Below are positions 52,088 through 63,874 of a DNA stretch of 64,000 nt, one piece after another. The notes under the pieces are model-generated. The model saw only the letters and a program-made list of their open reading frames with translations. It ran no database searches and was not told where the DNA came from. The first letter of the stretch is position 1, and each line of letters begins with the position of its first letter. This DNA comes from Felis catus (Eukaryota). The stretch lies in contig NC_058368.1 of assembly GCF_018350175.1 (NCBI RefSeq), positions 208,756,001 through 208,820,000 of the forward strand, read 5' to 3'. The position numbers and the translations under genes were made by a program.

Positions 52088-53619
52088 AATCCTCAGAAGA
52101 AATGTATGATGGAATGATAATAATTCAATACCCTTTATTTTGAAAACTTGGAAGTACAGAAATAAAGATCAACACACAACAGGTGCAAAGCCTGAGAAGC
52201 AAGCAAGTCGGTTTTTCCAGACTCAGCAAACTGAGAGATGTATTTTCCTGGCGGGTCCTGGAAGTCAGTAAAGCTGGACTCCACTAGATCCCCCCACGAG
52301 GGACTCTAGGGCCAACGACTGCGGTTCGTAAAGGGCTTCACCCAGACGGTGGACGCCCTACAAAAACTCAAGCCACATTGGAAGGAAACCCTTTCCCGAG
52401 TTTGCTCTTTATTGCTGTCTTGATATTTGCCTCTGGTTGCTATGACAAAATCTGGCATTGGAATTTTTCTGGGAACAAATAGGAAATAGTTGTGGGAGGA
52501 GATTCAAGACCCAATGCACATTTAGGTTTGGTTATAAACATTCATGGTAAAATACGGCAATGACTCATTAAACCCCCCAAAAAGGAAACCCCAAAATATT
52601 TTTAAGCCCCATTCAGCATGACTTTGTTCCAGAGGTGACCAGCTAGAAGCTCTTTGTTCTAGACAAGGTCACCAGCTAAATGAACTAATAAGGGAGACTA
52701 CTGACCAGTTGAGGTATTGGTCACCCTATGCCAAGTCACCCTCTGCTTTCAGTGTGTTTGGTTTCTGGAGCTGAAAGTGCTAACCCCACACAGTAGAAAT
52801 TTTCCATTTGCTAGAGTTTAATTATTTTGTCCAGCCTCACAGAAGAGAAAACCAGGGCTGCAGCCATTTAAACTCTGGCAGCGAGGGTCTGGGAAATCTT
52901 ACGAGAGCATTCAGGCCCAGGACCTGCCTTGGATCCAGATGGGCTGGGGGTCTCTTTGTCTTTGTATATGTTTATCTAAGGCTTCTGTATCTAAAATTTT
53001 TTTTCTGAATCTCCACTTTCGACCTAAGCCCAATTAATCTCTCGGTTAACATCCACTAACTTGTCTTCTAGAGCCAGCCTTATACGTGAGAAGAGGCACC
53101 TGCCACCATACAGAGTGCTCTGAGGAGAGTGTGGAAGCCCACTTCACCCCATGTGGGCTGGTAGGCACGACCAGGCATCCATAGCATGGAAGGCTGCCAT
53201 CAAACACAAAGGATGTGGGGAGATGTACTGAAGAAATACCCTACTGATCCTTCAAATGGCTCCAACCTATCTTTCCCATCCTATCCCCATATGCTCCCGA
53301 ATGAGCATACACCACTCCAGATAGGGTCCTATCCCACCACCTCTTCCATCTGCCACAAATGCCTCAGAAATAATGATTAAAACACAGTTTCACATACGGC
53401 GATTTTTATCTCTCAGAATTTCTCTAAAGAGAAAACATCTATTTGGACGAAATAGTGAAGCAAGCTAGTTGGAGAGGACAGGCAAGATCTCTAGGGTTGT
53501 TCCAATAGCAAACAGTGGTCATTAGACTACTATTCATAAAATGAGGAAGGAGGGAAAAGCCGAGAGGTGACAGGAGGCTGGGCCTGTGTGGGAGGGACTA
53601 AAGAGTATTAACTGTAAGA

Positions 53620-53850
53620 CTATCTAGTGCTTGCCTCTACCTGGCACTCTTCCGACCTCTCTATACGTATCACTCACTTAACGCTACCAACAACCCTAAC
53701 AAGTAATTAGTAATATTATTCCTATTTCACCGATGGGGAAACAAAGGCCCAGAGTGGTTCAGTAAGTTGCCCAGGTCACTGGGCAAGGGGACGGCGGAGC
53801 TAGTGAGCAACAGTCTGCAGCCTGGCTCCAGAATCTGTGCTTTGAACCCT
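53620..53850 (-). mobile_element. MIR
   Basis: attattcctatttcaccgatggggaaacaaaggcccagagtggttcagtaagttgcccaggtcac. Confidence 0.85.
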
Positions 53851-55944
53851 TTGTTGCAACTGCCCCGGTGCGTAAGCCTCTGGTCACAGTTAAGGAAGGA
53901 CAACAAAGCAGGAAGCTACAAGGATTTCACCAAATATAAGAAACCCTACTATTTTATGTATTGCCATGACAATGTGCCAATTATACTATGACACACCATC
54001 ACAGTAAGGCAGATTCTGATTCAGAGATATCAAATGTTCAAATGTGGAAAAAGGTGCATCTTAGATATAAAATACAGTATTGAAGGGGGATTATACACAT
54101 GTTTGCTGCAGAGTATGCAGTGACATCTCCTCCATCTCTCCTTGAAATCCCCAGTGAAGCCCACCTTTCTCATTAATGCTCTTGTGGATACAGATTCTTG
54201 GGGGGAGGCAGCGGCAGGGAAAGCCCGTAAAGATGCCATGTGTGTAGGTGTGTGTGCATTCATGGGCATGACGCACAGGTGCACCCACGCCTGCAGGCGT
54301 CGGGGAACACATGCAGGGCAAAGGCGAGTTCAAAAGCATCCTGCATTTGACAAAGAAAATATAGCTTCATTATTTTCTATAATTGATCTAATCCTTTTCC
54401 CCGAGCCCTTCACCTTACTATGTAGGGAGGGAAATTAAAACAGCAGCCAGCCAATCATTTAAACAGTCTCCTAGATATTTCAATCTTGCAGTTTTCCTCC
54501 CCCACTTTCCCTTTTCTCTCCAAGGTGGCCCCTGGGGGAAGAGTTTACTTTACCTGGTGCTGGCATGAAAGAGGACGGAGGTCCTCAACCCACATGATTC
54601 ATATGCGCAGGTCCCTGTGCCATCCTCCGGGTCCTCCCTGGAAGGCCTGCATGCTGAAGTCGGTGGCTGGTAGGGTCTGCTATGGGCCGTCCTTGCAGGG
54701 CCCTGCTGCCTGAGCTCCACTCCGTCCTCACACCTCCTGAGGTCCAGCTACGTTTCCCATGTGATCTCCAGCCTGGGAGTCCCCACAGTGGCAACACCTT
54801 GGTAAGTCTGTCATTTGGGGCTCCTCACGGCACTCACATCACTCTTGTTCAATGAGCCTCGGTGTGACTGCGGAATCCTTCCCGTCGCCGCCCAATATGT
54901 CAGCATATTAAATAAGCTCTCACCATCCTGGATCTACTGGTGATTCCCTAAGAGGCACACCTGTTGGCCATTACCTGCACCCAGGAGAGAGTAATCGCCT
55001 GGAGGGGGAACACAAACGTTAGACAGACATGTAATCAGTACTGGCCGAATTAATAAAGATCTTTATCACCTACTGAACATGTGAGCATGGGTCCTAGTCC
55101 TAATTCTAGTAAACATTAAACCATCTATCTTCCCTGAGGGAGAGAGGGGAATGCATGCCGCATGCACATGTGCTGGTCGGGTCAGGTCTGCTTCTGACCT
55201 CACCCCCCCCCCCCCAAGGATAACCTGACCCAGTGGAAGCAAGCGTGGCATATGTGGGTATGTCCGGATTTTGCCCAGAACTTTGGGCTGCCATGGCTGA
55301 GAGGTTGAAGATCTGATACTGAAATCTCATCCATTTCATCTGGATGAACCCACCGAGATGTCAAGACGGAGCTCCAGGCAGCACGTGGTCCCCTCTGTAG
55401 ACTAGAGCTGCCGGATGTGGAAAAGCCTGTCCGGGCCAGACAGCAGCCCCCGGCTCTTTCTCCACAGTCCGGCTCTTCCTCTTCCCAGAATATCTATCAT
55501 CCGTCACCTCAACTGACCCTTTCCTCTGTCCAATGAGTGGAGTGTTTGAATTCCACATTTTCCTTTGAAAAAAAAAAAAGAAAAAAACCCTCAGAAGGCC
55601 AAATCAAAAAAAAAAAAAAAAAGTGTGAAAGTGAGCTCTAAAAAAGAGGACACAGAGGAGTACTATTGCCCCCGTCTCTCAGGAAACAGGGCTCTCTGGA
55701 CCCTACACCTCCAGCCCTCCACTGGCTGTGCCCCTTTTCTGCCCAAGGGGTCCCAAGCCCACTTCCAGAGCCTTCCTACACCCGTTCTCTCAAGAGCAGG
55801 CCACATCTCCAGTGCACACACCACTAAGCCCAAGAACCAAGAAGTGGCCAAAGGGTGGCTCTTTGCCACCATCCATCAAGGATGGAGCTTGGACGTGCAG
55901 GCTGGGATGTCTACACGTGTGTGCATGCCGCACCTCTCGTGAGG

Positions 55945-56210
55945 GGCTGCCAGGGAAGGGAGGGAGGCCATAGGCAGTGGGTACAGAGTCCACAAGCCCT
56001 GAGCCACTGCACTCCTGCATGGCACTCCCGGAGCCTCCAAATTCTTGATTCAAATCTGCCCTCTGTGCAGGTATATTTGTCAACGCAAAAGGATGGAACA
56101 TAATTTTATTTGTTTGTCAGCTTGATTTATAACTTTTAAATATTTAGACATGGTATGTGAGCCTCCGTTTTTACACCTGCCAAAGCCCCACAAAAGTTAG
56201 GGGAGGACCC
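55945..56210 (-). mobile_element. hAT-Tip100 fragment (MER115/Zaphod-like)
   Basis: ggtatatttgtcaa...agcttgatttataacttttaaatatttagaca...ggtatgtgagcctcc. Confidence 0.6.
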
Positions 56211-56404
56211 GGAGAAGGAAGGGATGGGCAACTCTCTACATCAAAAAAGACCAAAATTGTTTCTCTGCTGTGTGGTGCTTAGAATAATAGCACATGGCAT
56301 ATACTCAAATATTTGCTGAAAGAGAAAAGAAGGAAGGAAAGAAGGAGGAGGCAGGGAGAGGGAAAGGAAGGGCTTGGGTTAAAACTTTCACACGTTTGGA
56401 GTTT

Positions 56405-56530
56405 GTTTTACGGAGTAAAGCTGGAAATCAACTCCTGTCTCTACCATCCCACCTGCATGTGCTTGGGTAGGTTATTCGACATCTCCAGTCCTCATTTCCT
56501 CTTCTGGAAAAAGGGGAAGCCATGCCTATC
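56405..56530 (+). mobile_element. MIR fragment
   Basis: cttgggtaggttattcgacatctccagtcctcatttcctcttctggaaaa. Confidence 0.6.
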
Positions 56531-56764
56531 ACAAAGTGCAAACAAATAAATATTAACTACTTACATTATTCTCACCATCAATGTTTATTATATCCTCCAT
56601 CCCCTTAAACCCATTTAATTTATAAGTCATGTTCTGAGGACCAATTTGTTTCAAAGAATCTCAGGAAGGCTACTGCTACTGATTGATGTGCTCCAGATGG
56701 ATAGAGAGCTATTTCATGATCCCCATTTCAGCCCCACCAACATCCTCAAATGCCCCTCAACCAC

Positions 56765-57100
56765 CAGAGCAGACGTTGCTGGTGCCCCATCCATATCCCT
56801 GGGCACATATGCTCTCACTACTCGGCAGCCTGACTTCCAGCTGCCAGCCCCGGAATTACTTTGCATAAAGGCATCCTCTTCCAGACCCTACCTGGCCACT
56901 CAAATGGTAGGACAGAAGTGCCGTAGAATTAATGTCCAAGATGCAGCCTTCAATCAACATCGGATGGGAACTTAAATGTCCCAGCTCTGTCACTCCTGCG
57001 GAAGATAACTCCAGGGTGCACAGTCTATACTGAATCCCAGCAGGGTCACAAGATAGTTGCTCTTGGTGGTAACTTGCTGGATAATAATTCCTTTGGTTGC
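56765..57100 (+). mobile_element. ERVL LTR (LTR16C-like)
   Basis: gctggtgccccatccatatccc...agaagtgccgtagaattaatgtcc...gataactccagggtg...gtggtaacttgct. Confidence 0.7.
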
Positions 57101-58111
57101 TACACAAAAACATATGAGTACGCCCATGCCAGTTACTATGCCCAGTGAATGTGCCTTCTAATCGCCCAGTGCTCATGCCTTCGCACTTGTTAAACATTTT
57201 GAAAACCACACTTCACATTTAACCAATAAGCTGCCCCCACACGTGCTTCTTGAAAAACATCAACATCCTATAAAACGAGATCCAGCAGCAATTTCACCTA
57301 AGAAACTAATAAATATTTACTCTTTCCTCCTTCCTACAATGGGCATTAAAATTCAACAGTTAAGTGGAGGAGAACAGACAATAAAAGATCATTCAATGCT
57401 TCCACCCACATACAAAAGCCAGCAAACGCCACGGATTTTGTTGTTAGTTTTGGAAATTTCCCCATATGTCTAAGTGAGGACCATGACCCCACACAGTCTA
57501 TCAAATAGGGCATCCGCTCAAATGTACTTTTGTACTTGGCAGTGACCTCAGGGCTTGACAAATATGTTGTCTCTGTGTTTTTATTTATTGTCCACAATCC
57601 TTTGGATGGCAACACATTCTGAGGTTAAAACAAATGTATTAAGATCCCAATATGAATGGCACATAACAAAAAAAATGACCTAGATCTAGATGGGTGAATG
57701 CCAATCCAAACAGTGGCTAAACTAGGCAGCTGTTTGCAGTTAGGTCCAATTAACACGTTTTAAACACGGCAGTGCTGGGAACCTCTTTGAAGTGTGTGGC
57801 GGGTAAAGGTTTTTCTTGAAAGGGGTTTCCTGGTGGGAACCAGTCAAAACCCACAGATGAACAACTCAACTTACCCTTTTGACTTACGTGCCTTGTAGAG
57901 TTCACAGTTTTAGAGTTCATTTTCCCCAGGTATGTGTATAAATACTTCAAACATGTAATGAAACGTCTGGGAAGGTGTCTCTCCTGAAAGAACATTTTCA
58001 AGCCAGGAAGAAGAAAGCAAGGGCAGTGTGTCGAACTGCCAATCTCTACTGGAAACATAAATTGCAAAATGTTTATGTAATAAGCATATGAGGGCATTGT
58101 CTGCCTTGAAA

Positions 58112-58262
58112 TAAAAACTCCAGGAGGGCAAAAACTTTGTCTCGTTCATCACCGTATCCGTAGCGCCTAGACTGACGCACAGCAGGCTTACGACAGACAC
58201 TAGTTGAATGAGTGGATGGGTGGATGCATACCAAGCGAACAAACAAATGCATGAATGAAGTA
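58112..58262 (+). mobile_element. L2 3' end
   Basis: aaactccaggagggca...ttgtctcgttcatcaccgtatcc...gttgaatgagtggatgg. Confidence 0.75.
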
Positions 58263-58863
58263 ATAAAGTGAATTAATTCTACACGCGTTTGGAAAGCCAT
58301 AAGCTAAAGTCCCTAACCCACATGTGTGTGACACAAAGGCACCACACACACACACTCAGAGAAAGGGAGAGGACTGTCTTAATTCTCCTAATTATTTTGC
58401 TGGTGCTGCCTATTTGGGAATTATTTGGGACTTAAACCTCAGCTTCATTTTTCATATCGGACAAAAAAACTGAAGAATGGCGCCTGGTTTATTTATTAAG
58501 GAAGCACTCAGTAAGTTTTCGAGGACTAGCGAGTGACAAAACTAAATGGCGTTTGGTTCCGTAGTCCCGGACCAGAAGAGGCCCCGACATCGCGGCGCTC
58601 CATTCCTTGTGTGGTTCCTGAGCCTTGTTCACTGACCTTCCCGCGTGACCTTCTCATCCGCAGACACGAGGCCCAGCCACACAAGAGAGCTTTGGAAGAA
58701 GAGGTAGGGAGACATCTTCTCTCCCTCCCGTCCTGTATCTGAGACAGAAGGGTCTGTGGCTTTGTTACAAGTGAGGCAGACAGGAGATGCTCTGTAATCA
58801 GTGGGAGATCTGCTAGGAGAACGGGTTCTAAAGCTGGGCTGCCCATTAAAAATGCAGATTCCT

Positions 58864-59077
58864 GGGGCACCTGGGAGGCTCAGCCGAGGCCACCGACTTC
58901 AGCTCAGTTCATGATCTCGTGTTTGGTGAGTTCGAGCCCCACATCTGTGCTGACAGCTCAGACCCTGGAGCCTGCTTTGGATTCTGTCTCCCCCTCTCTC
59001 TGCCCCTCCCCTGCTCACACTCTGTCTCCCTCTCTCTCTCAAAAATAAATAAACATTTAAAAAAAAAGTTTTTTTTT
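58864..59077 (+). mobile_element. Feline CanSINE inside a MER5-like remnant
   Basis: SINE body; aatgcag on both flanks; caggaatctgcat downstream. Confidence 0.93.
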
Positions 59078-60469
59078 AATGCAGGTACCCGGCTCACGGC
59101 CTGCAAGGACTCAGTGGGTCCCAGACTCAGTGGGTCTGGGATATAACTCAGGAATCTGCATAGAAACTACAACTCTGGTCATTGTCATGCAGATGATAAA
59201 TTATTAAGGACACGGGTTAGAAGGAAAGTATTCTGGAAGGAGAAAAAGTTTCATCCCTGAGCGCCTCCAGAAAAGTAATGGGTCTGGTTGGGTGATGCCA
59301 TCCTGGGACATCTCTTCAAGGGCATTCTGAAACATCCTCTAAAAAGATCACAACTTGCTTTAATTTAAAAGAGAAAGGTGTAACACATATCCTTTCTTTC
59401 CTGTGGTGGTAGATCTCTCACACACGCGCCCATACACACATCATCAACCAAAGTGTTTTCGCTCCTGAAAAATCTACAAACTAAAGAAAACACCCTTGAG
59501 CGCAATCTGAGAAACCATCCGCTTCTTCTAAAACTCCTTTTCCCTTCAAGGAAATTCAGAGGTTCTCTATATCATAGAAACAGACAAACAAACAAAATAA
59601 AACTAGAAAATAGAAGTTGGAAATACTGATGCTCAAGAAGAGCAAGGAGGAGGAGTGCAGGTGCCAGCATCTAGAAGCAGAAAAGAGCCGAATTCACCCA
59701 CAGGACGACCTCGCGGGACAGAAGGGAGGGCCGGAACAGAGCTGGACTCCAGGACAGCACTGGCGTGACAAGTTCCTGCAGCTTGACAATTCAGAGACTC
59801 AGAATGTATCTTTCCGCATAACAACTAATTTCAAAGTCAATGGTGTACTCCTTGAAGACAGCCTGGAAACCTGGAAACTTCGAGACAAACGGCCTGTTAG
59901 CTTAGAGGAGCTCAGTGGTTTAAATCCTCCATTTATCATGCCTGCATGAAAGGATTCCTCTGTAAACAGAGGAGCAAGACCACACCGCCTTGTATCAAGA
60001 TCTGCTCAGCATTATTTTCCACTGGGCATGTGGTTTCTTCACGATTTCACACACACACTGTGCACACAGCGGAAGCCTTTTTTTTGACAGGCTCCTGGGC
60101 TTAGCCTTTTTGTCCTACCTTGGGAAGCTTAAAGCCACAGACTCTGCATCTACAGGACCAACGGGTCAGACCTCCATCTCTCCCCGAGCCCACCATCAAT
60201 ATCTCTCCCCTTCCCACCCTGCCACCATCAGCGTCTTTGTTCTTGGACCCCTCGGCATAAACAAAGGTACTTGCTTTTTGCTTCCTTAACATAAATATGG
60301 TTTTAAAAAATTAAGTGGTAATTGTATTAAGCATCTTATGACAATTATATAACACGAGACTCAAATCATTTCTGTTGACTCCCAACCATTAGGCTCATGG
60401 CAAAGGCCTTGTGACTGTATGCTGGATACGGGTGACTTGTCACAAATGTCGGGAGGGAAGAGAAGATAC

Positions 60470-60795
60470 CACATTCAGAACAGGCTAGTTTATGCTGTGG
60501 CAACAAACACTACTCAAATCTCAAAGGCCAAGAAAAGGCCTCTTTCTCACTCCAGCACATCTTCGTCACATGTAGCCACACACGTGGGAGAGGGGAGCAC
60601 AATCTCGCACCAGCAATTACATGCTTGGTCTGGTGGGGACACACATCACGTCCGTTCACATCTTCCTGCCCAGAATAGGTCATGTGGCCCAACCCTAGTC
60701 ACCCAAATAACAAGGGGGTCAGGAAGTAAAATCCTCCCCCGTGCATGGAAGTCAAAGAGTCAGAAAGATCTGGATAATAGCACTATGACCACCAA
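60470..60795 (-). mobile_element. MaLR LTR (MLT1K/L-like)
   Basis: aggctagtttatgctgtggcaacaaac...gacacacatcac...ggtcatgtggccc...aggaagtaaaatcctccc. Confidence 0.65.
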
Positions 60796-61378
60796 GAGAG
60801 GAGAAAGGAAGGGAGAAGAATCCAGCAACTGACTAATGAGGAAGACACACTGAAAAATCTCACCTATCATCACTGACTGCACCCTGGTCCTGATTCAGCA
60901 GCAGGTCCTGCTGCCTATAAAATCTTGCCAGTTTTGTAATCTCAAAACAATAACAAAGATTTGTATCTAATTATGTAAGTTTTTTAATGTTTTCATTGGC
61001 CATGCATGAAATAGGCATTCTCAAACATTACTTTTGGTAGCAAAATTAATCAGGTCTTTCTGGAATATTGCTGGTTATGTGTAGAAAGAATAAAAGTTTC
61101 ATTACCTTTGGCCCTGTAATTCTACATCTAGAAATGAATCCTAAGGAAAGAAGCAGAAATGCAGATAAAGATACATGTAAGAGGATACTTTCTTAAGAGC
61201 ATTACTATTAATATTCCAAACTGGAAGTAGCATAAATGCCCAATAAAAGAAGATTGGTCAAATAAATTCTGCTGCATCTATACGCTAGAATAGTCTATAG
61301 CTATTAGATGAAATGGCTCAGCAGACTGGTGTGTCAATACAATGGACTATCACATTGACATTAAGAATAACAATTATA

Positions 61379-61590
61379 GGGGGCACCTGGGTGGTTCAGT
61401 CGGTTAAGCGCCTGACTTCGGCTCAGGTCATGATCTCACGGTTCCTGGGTTCGAGCCCTGCATCAGGCTCTGTGCTGACAGGTCAGAGCCTGGAGCCTGC
61501 TTCAGATCTGTGTCTCCCTCTCTCTCTGTCCCTCTCCTGCCTGTGCTTGCTCTCTCTCTCAAAAGTAAATAAACGTTAAAAAAAAAAATA
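61379..61590 (+). mobile_element. Feline CanSINE
   Basis: Canonical head and tail. Confidence 0.96.
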
Positions 61591-61603
61591 AAGAACAATT
61601 ATA

Positions 61604-61828
61604 GGGGCACCTGAATGGCTCAGTCAGTTCAACGTCTGACTCTTGGTTTAAGCTCAGGTCATGATCTCGTGGTTCATGAGTTTGAGCCCTGAATCAGGCC
61701 CTGCACACTGACAGCATGGAGCCTGCTTGGGATTCTCTCTCTCCCTTTCTCTCTGCCCCTCCCTACTTGTGCTCACCCTCCCTCTCTCTCTCTCTCTGTC
61801 TCTCAAAATAAATAAACTTAAAAAAAAA
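61604..61828 (+). mobile_element. CanSINE (Fc2-like)
   Basis: Canonical head and tail. Confidence 0.95.
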
Positions 61829-62706
61829 AAGAATCACAATTATGAGCATGATCTATAAATATGAAAATAACTACATGAAGTAATGATAACAGGACAAAAT
61901 AGAACTCAATAATATACACATTAAAATTATATATGAAATAAATAAAGTCTATATTAAATTTAGAAGGGACTGGCGCATATAACATGATGTTTCAGGAGTT
62001 TGAGTTTTTCTGGTGATTTCAAATCTGTTCAATGCTTGTTTAGTTGATGAAGGAGAAAAACAAGCAGGGCAAGGAGAAAAGGGAGAGTGAGAAGGAAATA
62101 AAAAAGGAGAGAAAGAAGGACGAAAGGGAGACGGAAGAAACAGACAGTGGAAGTAGAAGGGGCGCAGAGGCAGAGAGGATTGAGAAGGCTGGCTGCAGTC
62201 AGCATCCTGTGCTCGATCCTTGGCAAAGTCCTGAGGCGGTTCCTTCTCTGCGAGCTACACAAGCACAGTGTGACGTTGGTCCATCTAAAGTATGCTTGCT
62301 ATTCACTAAATACACGGAAAGTGTAAAAAAAAGACCCTCGATGCCTCTACATCGCACTCACAGACAGTTGTCACATAGGAGAAGGAGCTTTGGCATCGAA
62401 GCAGTGTAGCCACCTCGAAGGTCCACCAACTACCCAGTGAGCTGGCTGGGTGTTTCTGGGGTAAATGGTGCTTGATCTGGCCAATTCCCAGTTGGTGGTG
62501 TTGATGAGCAAGGCTGAGTGGCAAGTCTGGGTCTGGGCTTGGTCTAATTCCTTGTGCCCCATCCTTAAAGACAAAACAGAGGACCTAGAAGTTAGTATTA
62601 GAAGTTCTCAAACAAGCAAGCAATGTTTTGCAACTCAGTAGGCTACAAACCATGAGATACCATCACACATCTAGCAGAATGGGCACGATTTAAGACTGAC
62701 ATTGTT

Positions 62707-62862
62707 GGGGCACCTGGGTGGCTCAGTTGTTGAGCGTCTGACTCTTGATTTTGGCTCATGTCATGATCCCAGGGGCATGGGATCAAGCCCCACGTGGGCT
62801 CCGCACTGAGCGTGGAATCTGCTGGAGATTCTCTGTATTCCTCCGCCCCTCACCCCTGCTTG

Positions 62863-62897
<35 letters not shown>

Positions 62898-62908
62898 TCT
62901 CTGTCTCT

Positions 62909-62938
<30 letters not shown>
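62707..62938 (+). mobile_element. CanSINE with TSD aagactgaca(t/g)tgt
   Basis: Head, (CT)n, long poly(A) and TSD. Confidence 0.96.
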
Positions 62939-62940
<2 letters not shown>

Positions 62941-63089
62941 GACTGACAGTGTCAAGTATTGGTAATGGGATGATGAACGGGAACGCTCAAACACTGCTGG
63001 TAGAAAATGGTACAGCTATTCTTGAAGACGGCTTGACTGCTTTTAGTGTAATTCCACTCCTACATTTGTACTTGAAAGAAATACATGTG

Positions 63090-63256
63090 GGGGCACCTGG
63101 GTGGCTCTGTTGGTTGAGCGTCGGACTTCTGCTCAGGTCATGATCTCACGGTTCGTGAGCTCAAGCCCCGCATTGGGCTCTGTGCTGACAGCTCAGAGCC
63201 TGGAGCCTGCTTCAGGTTCTGTGCCAACCTCTCTCTGCCCCTCCCCCACTCGTGCG

Positions 63257-63292
<36 letters not shown>

Positions 63293-63323
63293 AACTAAAC
63301 AAACATTAAGAAAAAATTAAAAA
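63090..63323 (+). mobile_element. Feline CanSINE
   Basis: Canonical body. Confidence 0.96.
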
Positions 63324-63540
63324 GGGGCACCTGGGTGGCTCAGTCGGTTAAGCGGCCGACTTCAGCTCAGGTCATGATCTCGCAGTCCGTGAGTTCGAGC
63401 CCCGCATCGGGCTCTGTGCTGACAGCTCAGAGCCTGGAGCCTGTTTCAGATTCTGTGTCTCCCTCTCTCTCTGCTCCTCCCCCGTTCATGCTCTGTCTCT
63501 CTCTGTCTCAAAAATAAATGTTTAAAAAAAATTTTAAAAA
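63324..63540 (+). mobile_element. Young feline CanSINE in the tail of the preceding SINE
   Basis: Near-consensus sequence; the pair shares one outer TSD, aaagaaatacatg(t/c)g. Confidence 0.96.
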
Positions 63541-63874
63541 AAAGAAATACATGCGTATACCCACAGAAAGACCTGCACGAGAATGTTCACGGTGACATCA
63601 TTCATAATAACTCACATTTGTTCCATCCATCTCCTTTCTCTGGGATGATGGACTGCCCAAGGCAACGGTTTTCTCATGGTAGAGCCTCTCGGCACAAAAA
63701 AGCAGAGGACACTTGTCATGCCTGTTGAAGTCTCACCTAGATCTAACATAGGGCCACTTCTGTCCTTTTTCTTTGGCCACAGCAAGACCTGTGGCGAAGC
63801 ATTCACCGAGCATTTACCGCAGGTCTGACTCTCCTCGTGCATTTTCATCTTTCCAACAATGCAAGGAGGTGGGC

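Larger units (their letters stand above)
60990..61960 (+). mobile_element. Ancient L1ME-like 3' fragment containing two SINEs
   Basis: cctttggccctgtaattctacatctagaaatgaatcctaaggaaa; taaatgcccaataa...gattgg..aaataaatt. Confidence 0.65.
62640..63615 (+). mobile_element. Ancient L1M ORF2 3' fragment containing three SINEs
   Basis: aaaccatgagataccatcacacat...gaatgg; aattccactcctacattt; aaagacctgcacgagaatgttcac. Confidence 0.75.

Noticed and set aside
10100..52570. Scattered AP-1 sites TGA(G/C)TCA (e.g. near 10103, 12144, 13577, 43297, 52561)
   Set aside because: A 7-mer at this frequency is compatible with chance in 64 kb.
59617..59949. 110-aa ORF with protein-like composition
   Set aside because: The start codon is not ATG, I recognised no domain or convincing splice context, and ORFs of this length are expected by chance in 64 kb.
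973..63517. Recurrent ORF family MAQSVKRPTSAQVMIS... (973, 6592, 39458, 51880, 61313, 63101, 63335) that could be mistaken for a gene family or repeat array
   Set aside because: These are translations of dispersed CanSINE copies. They are neither genes nor a CRISPR-like array.
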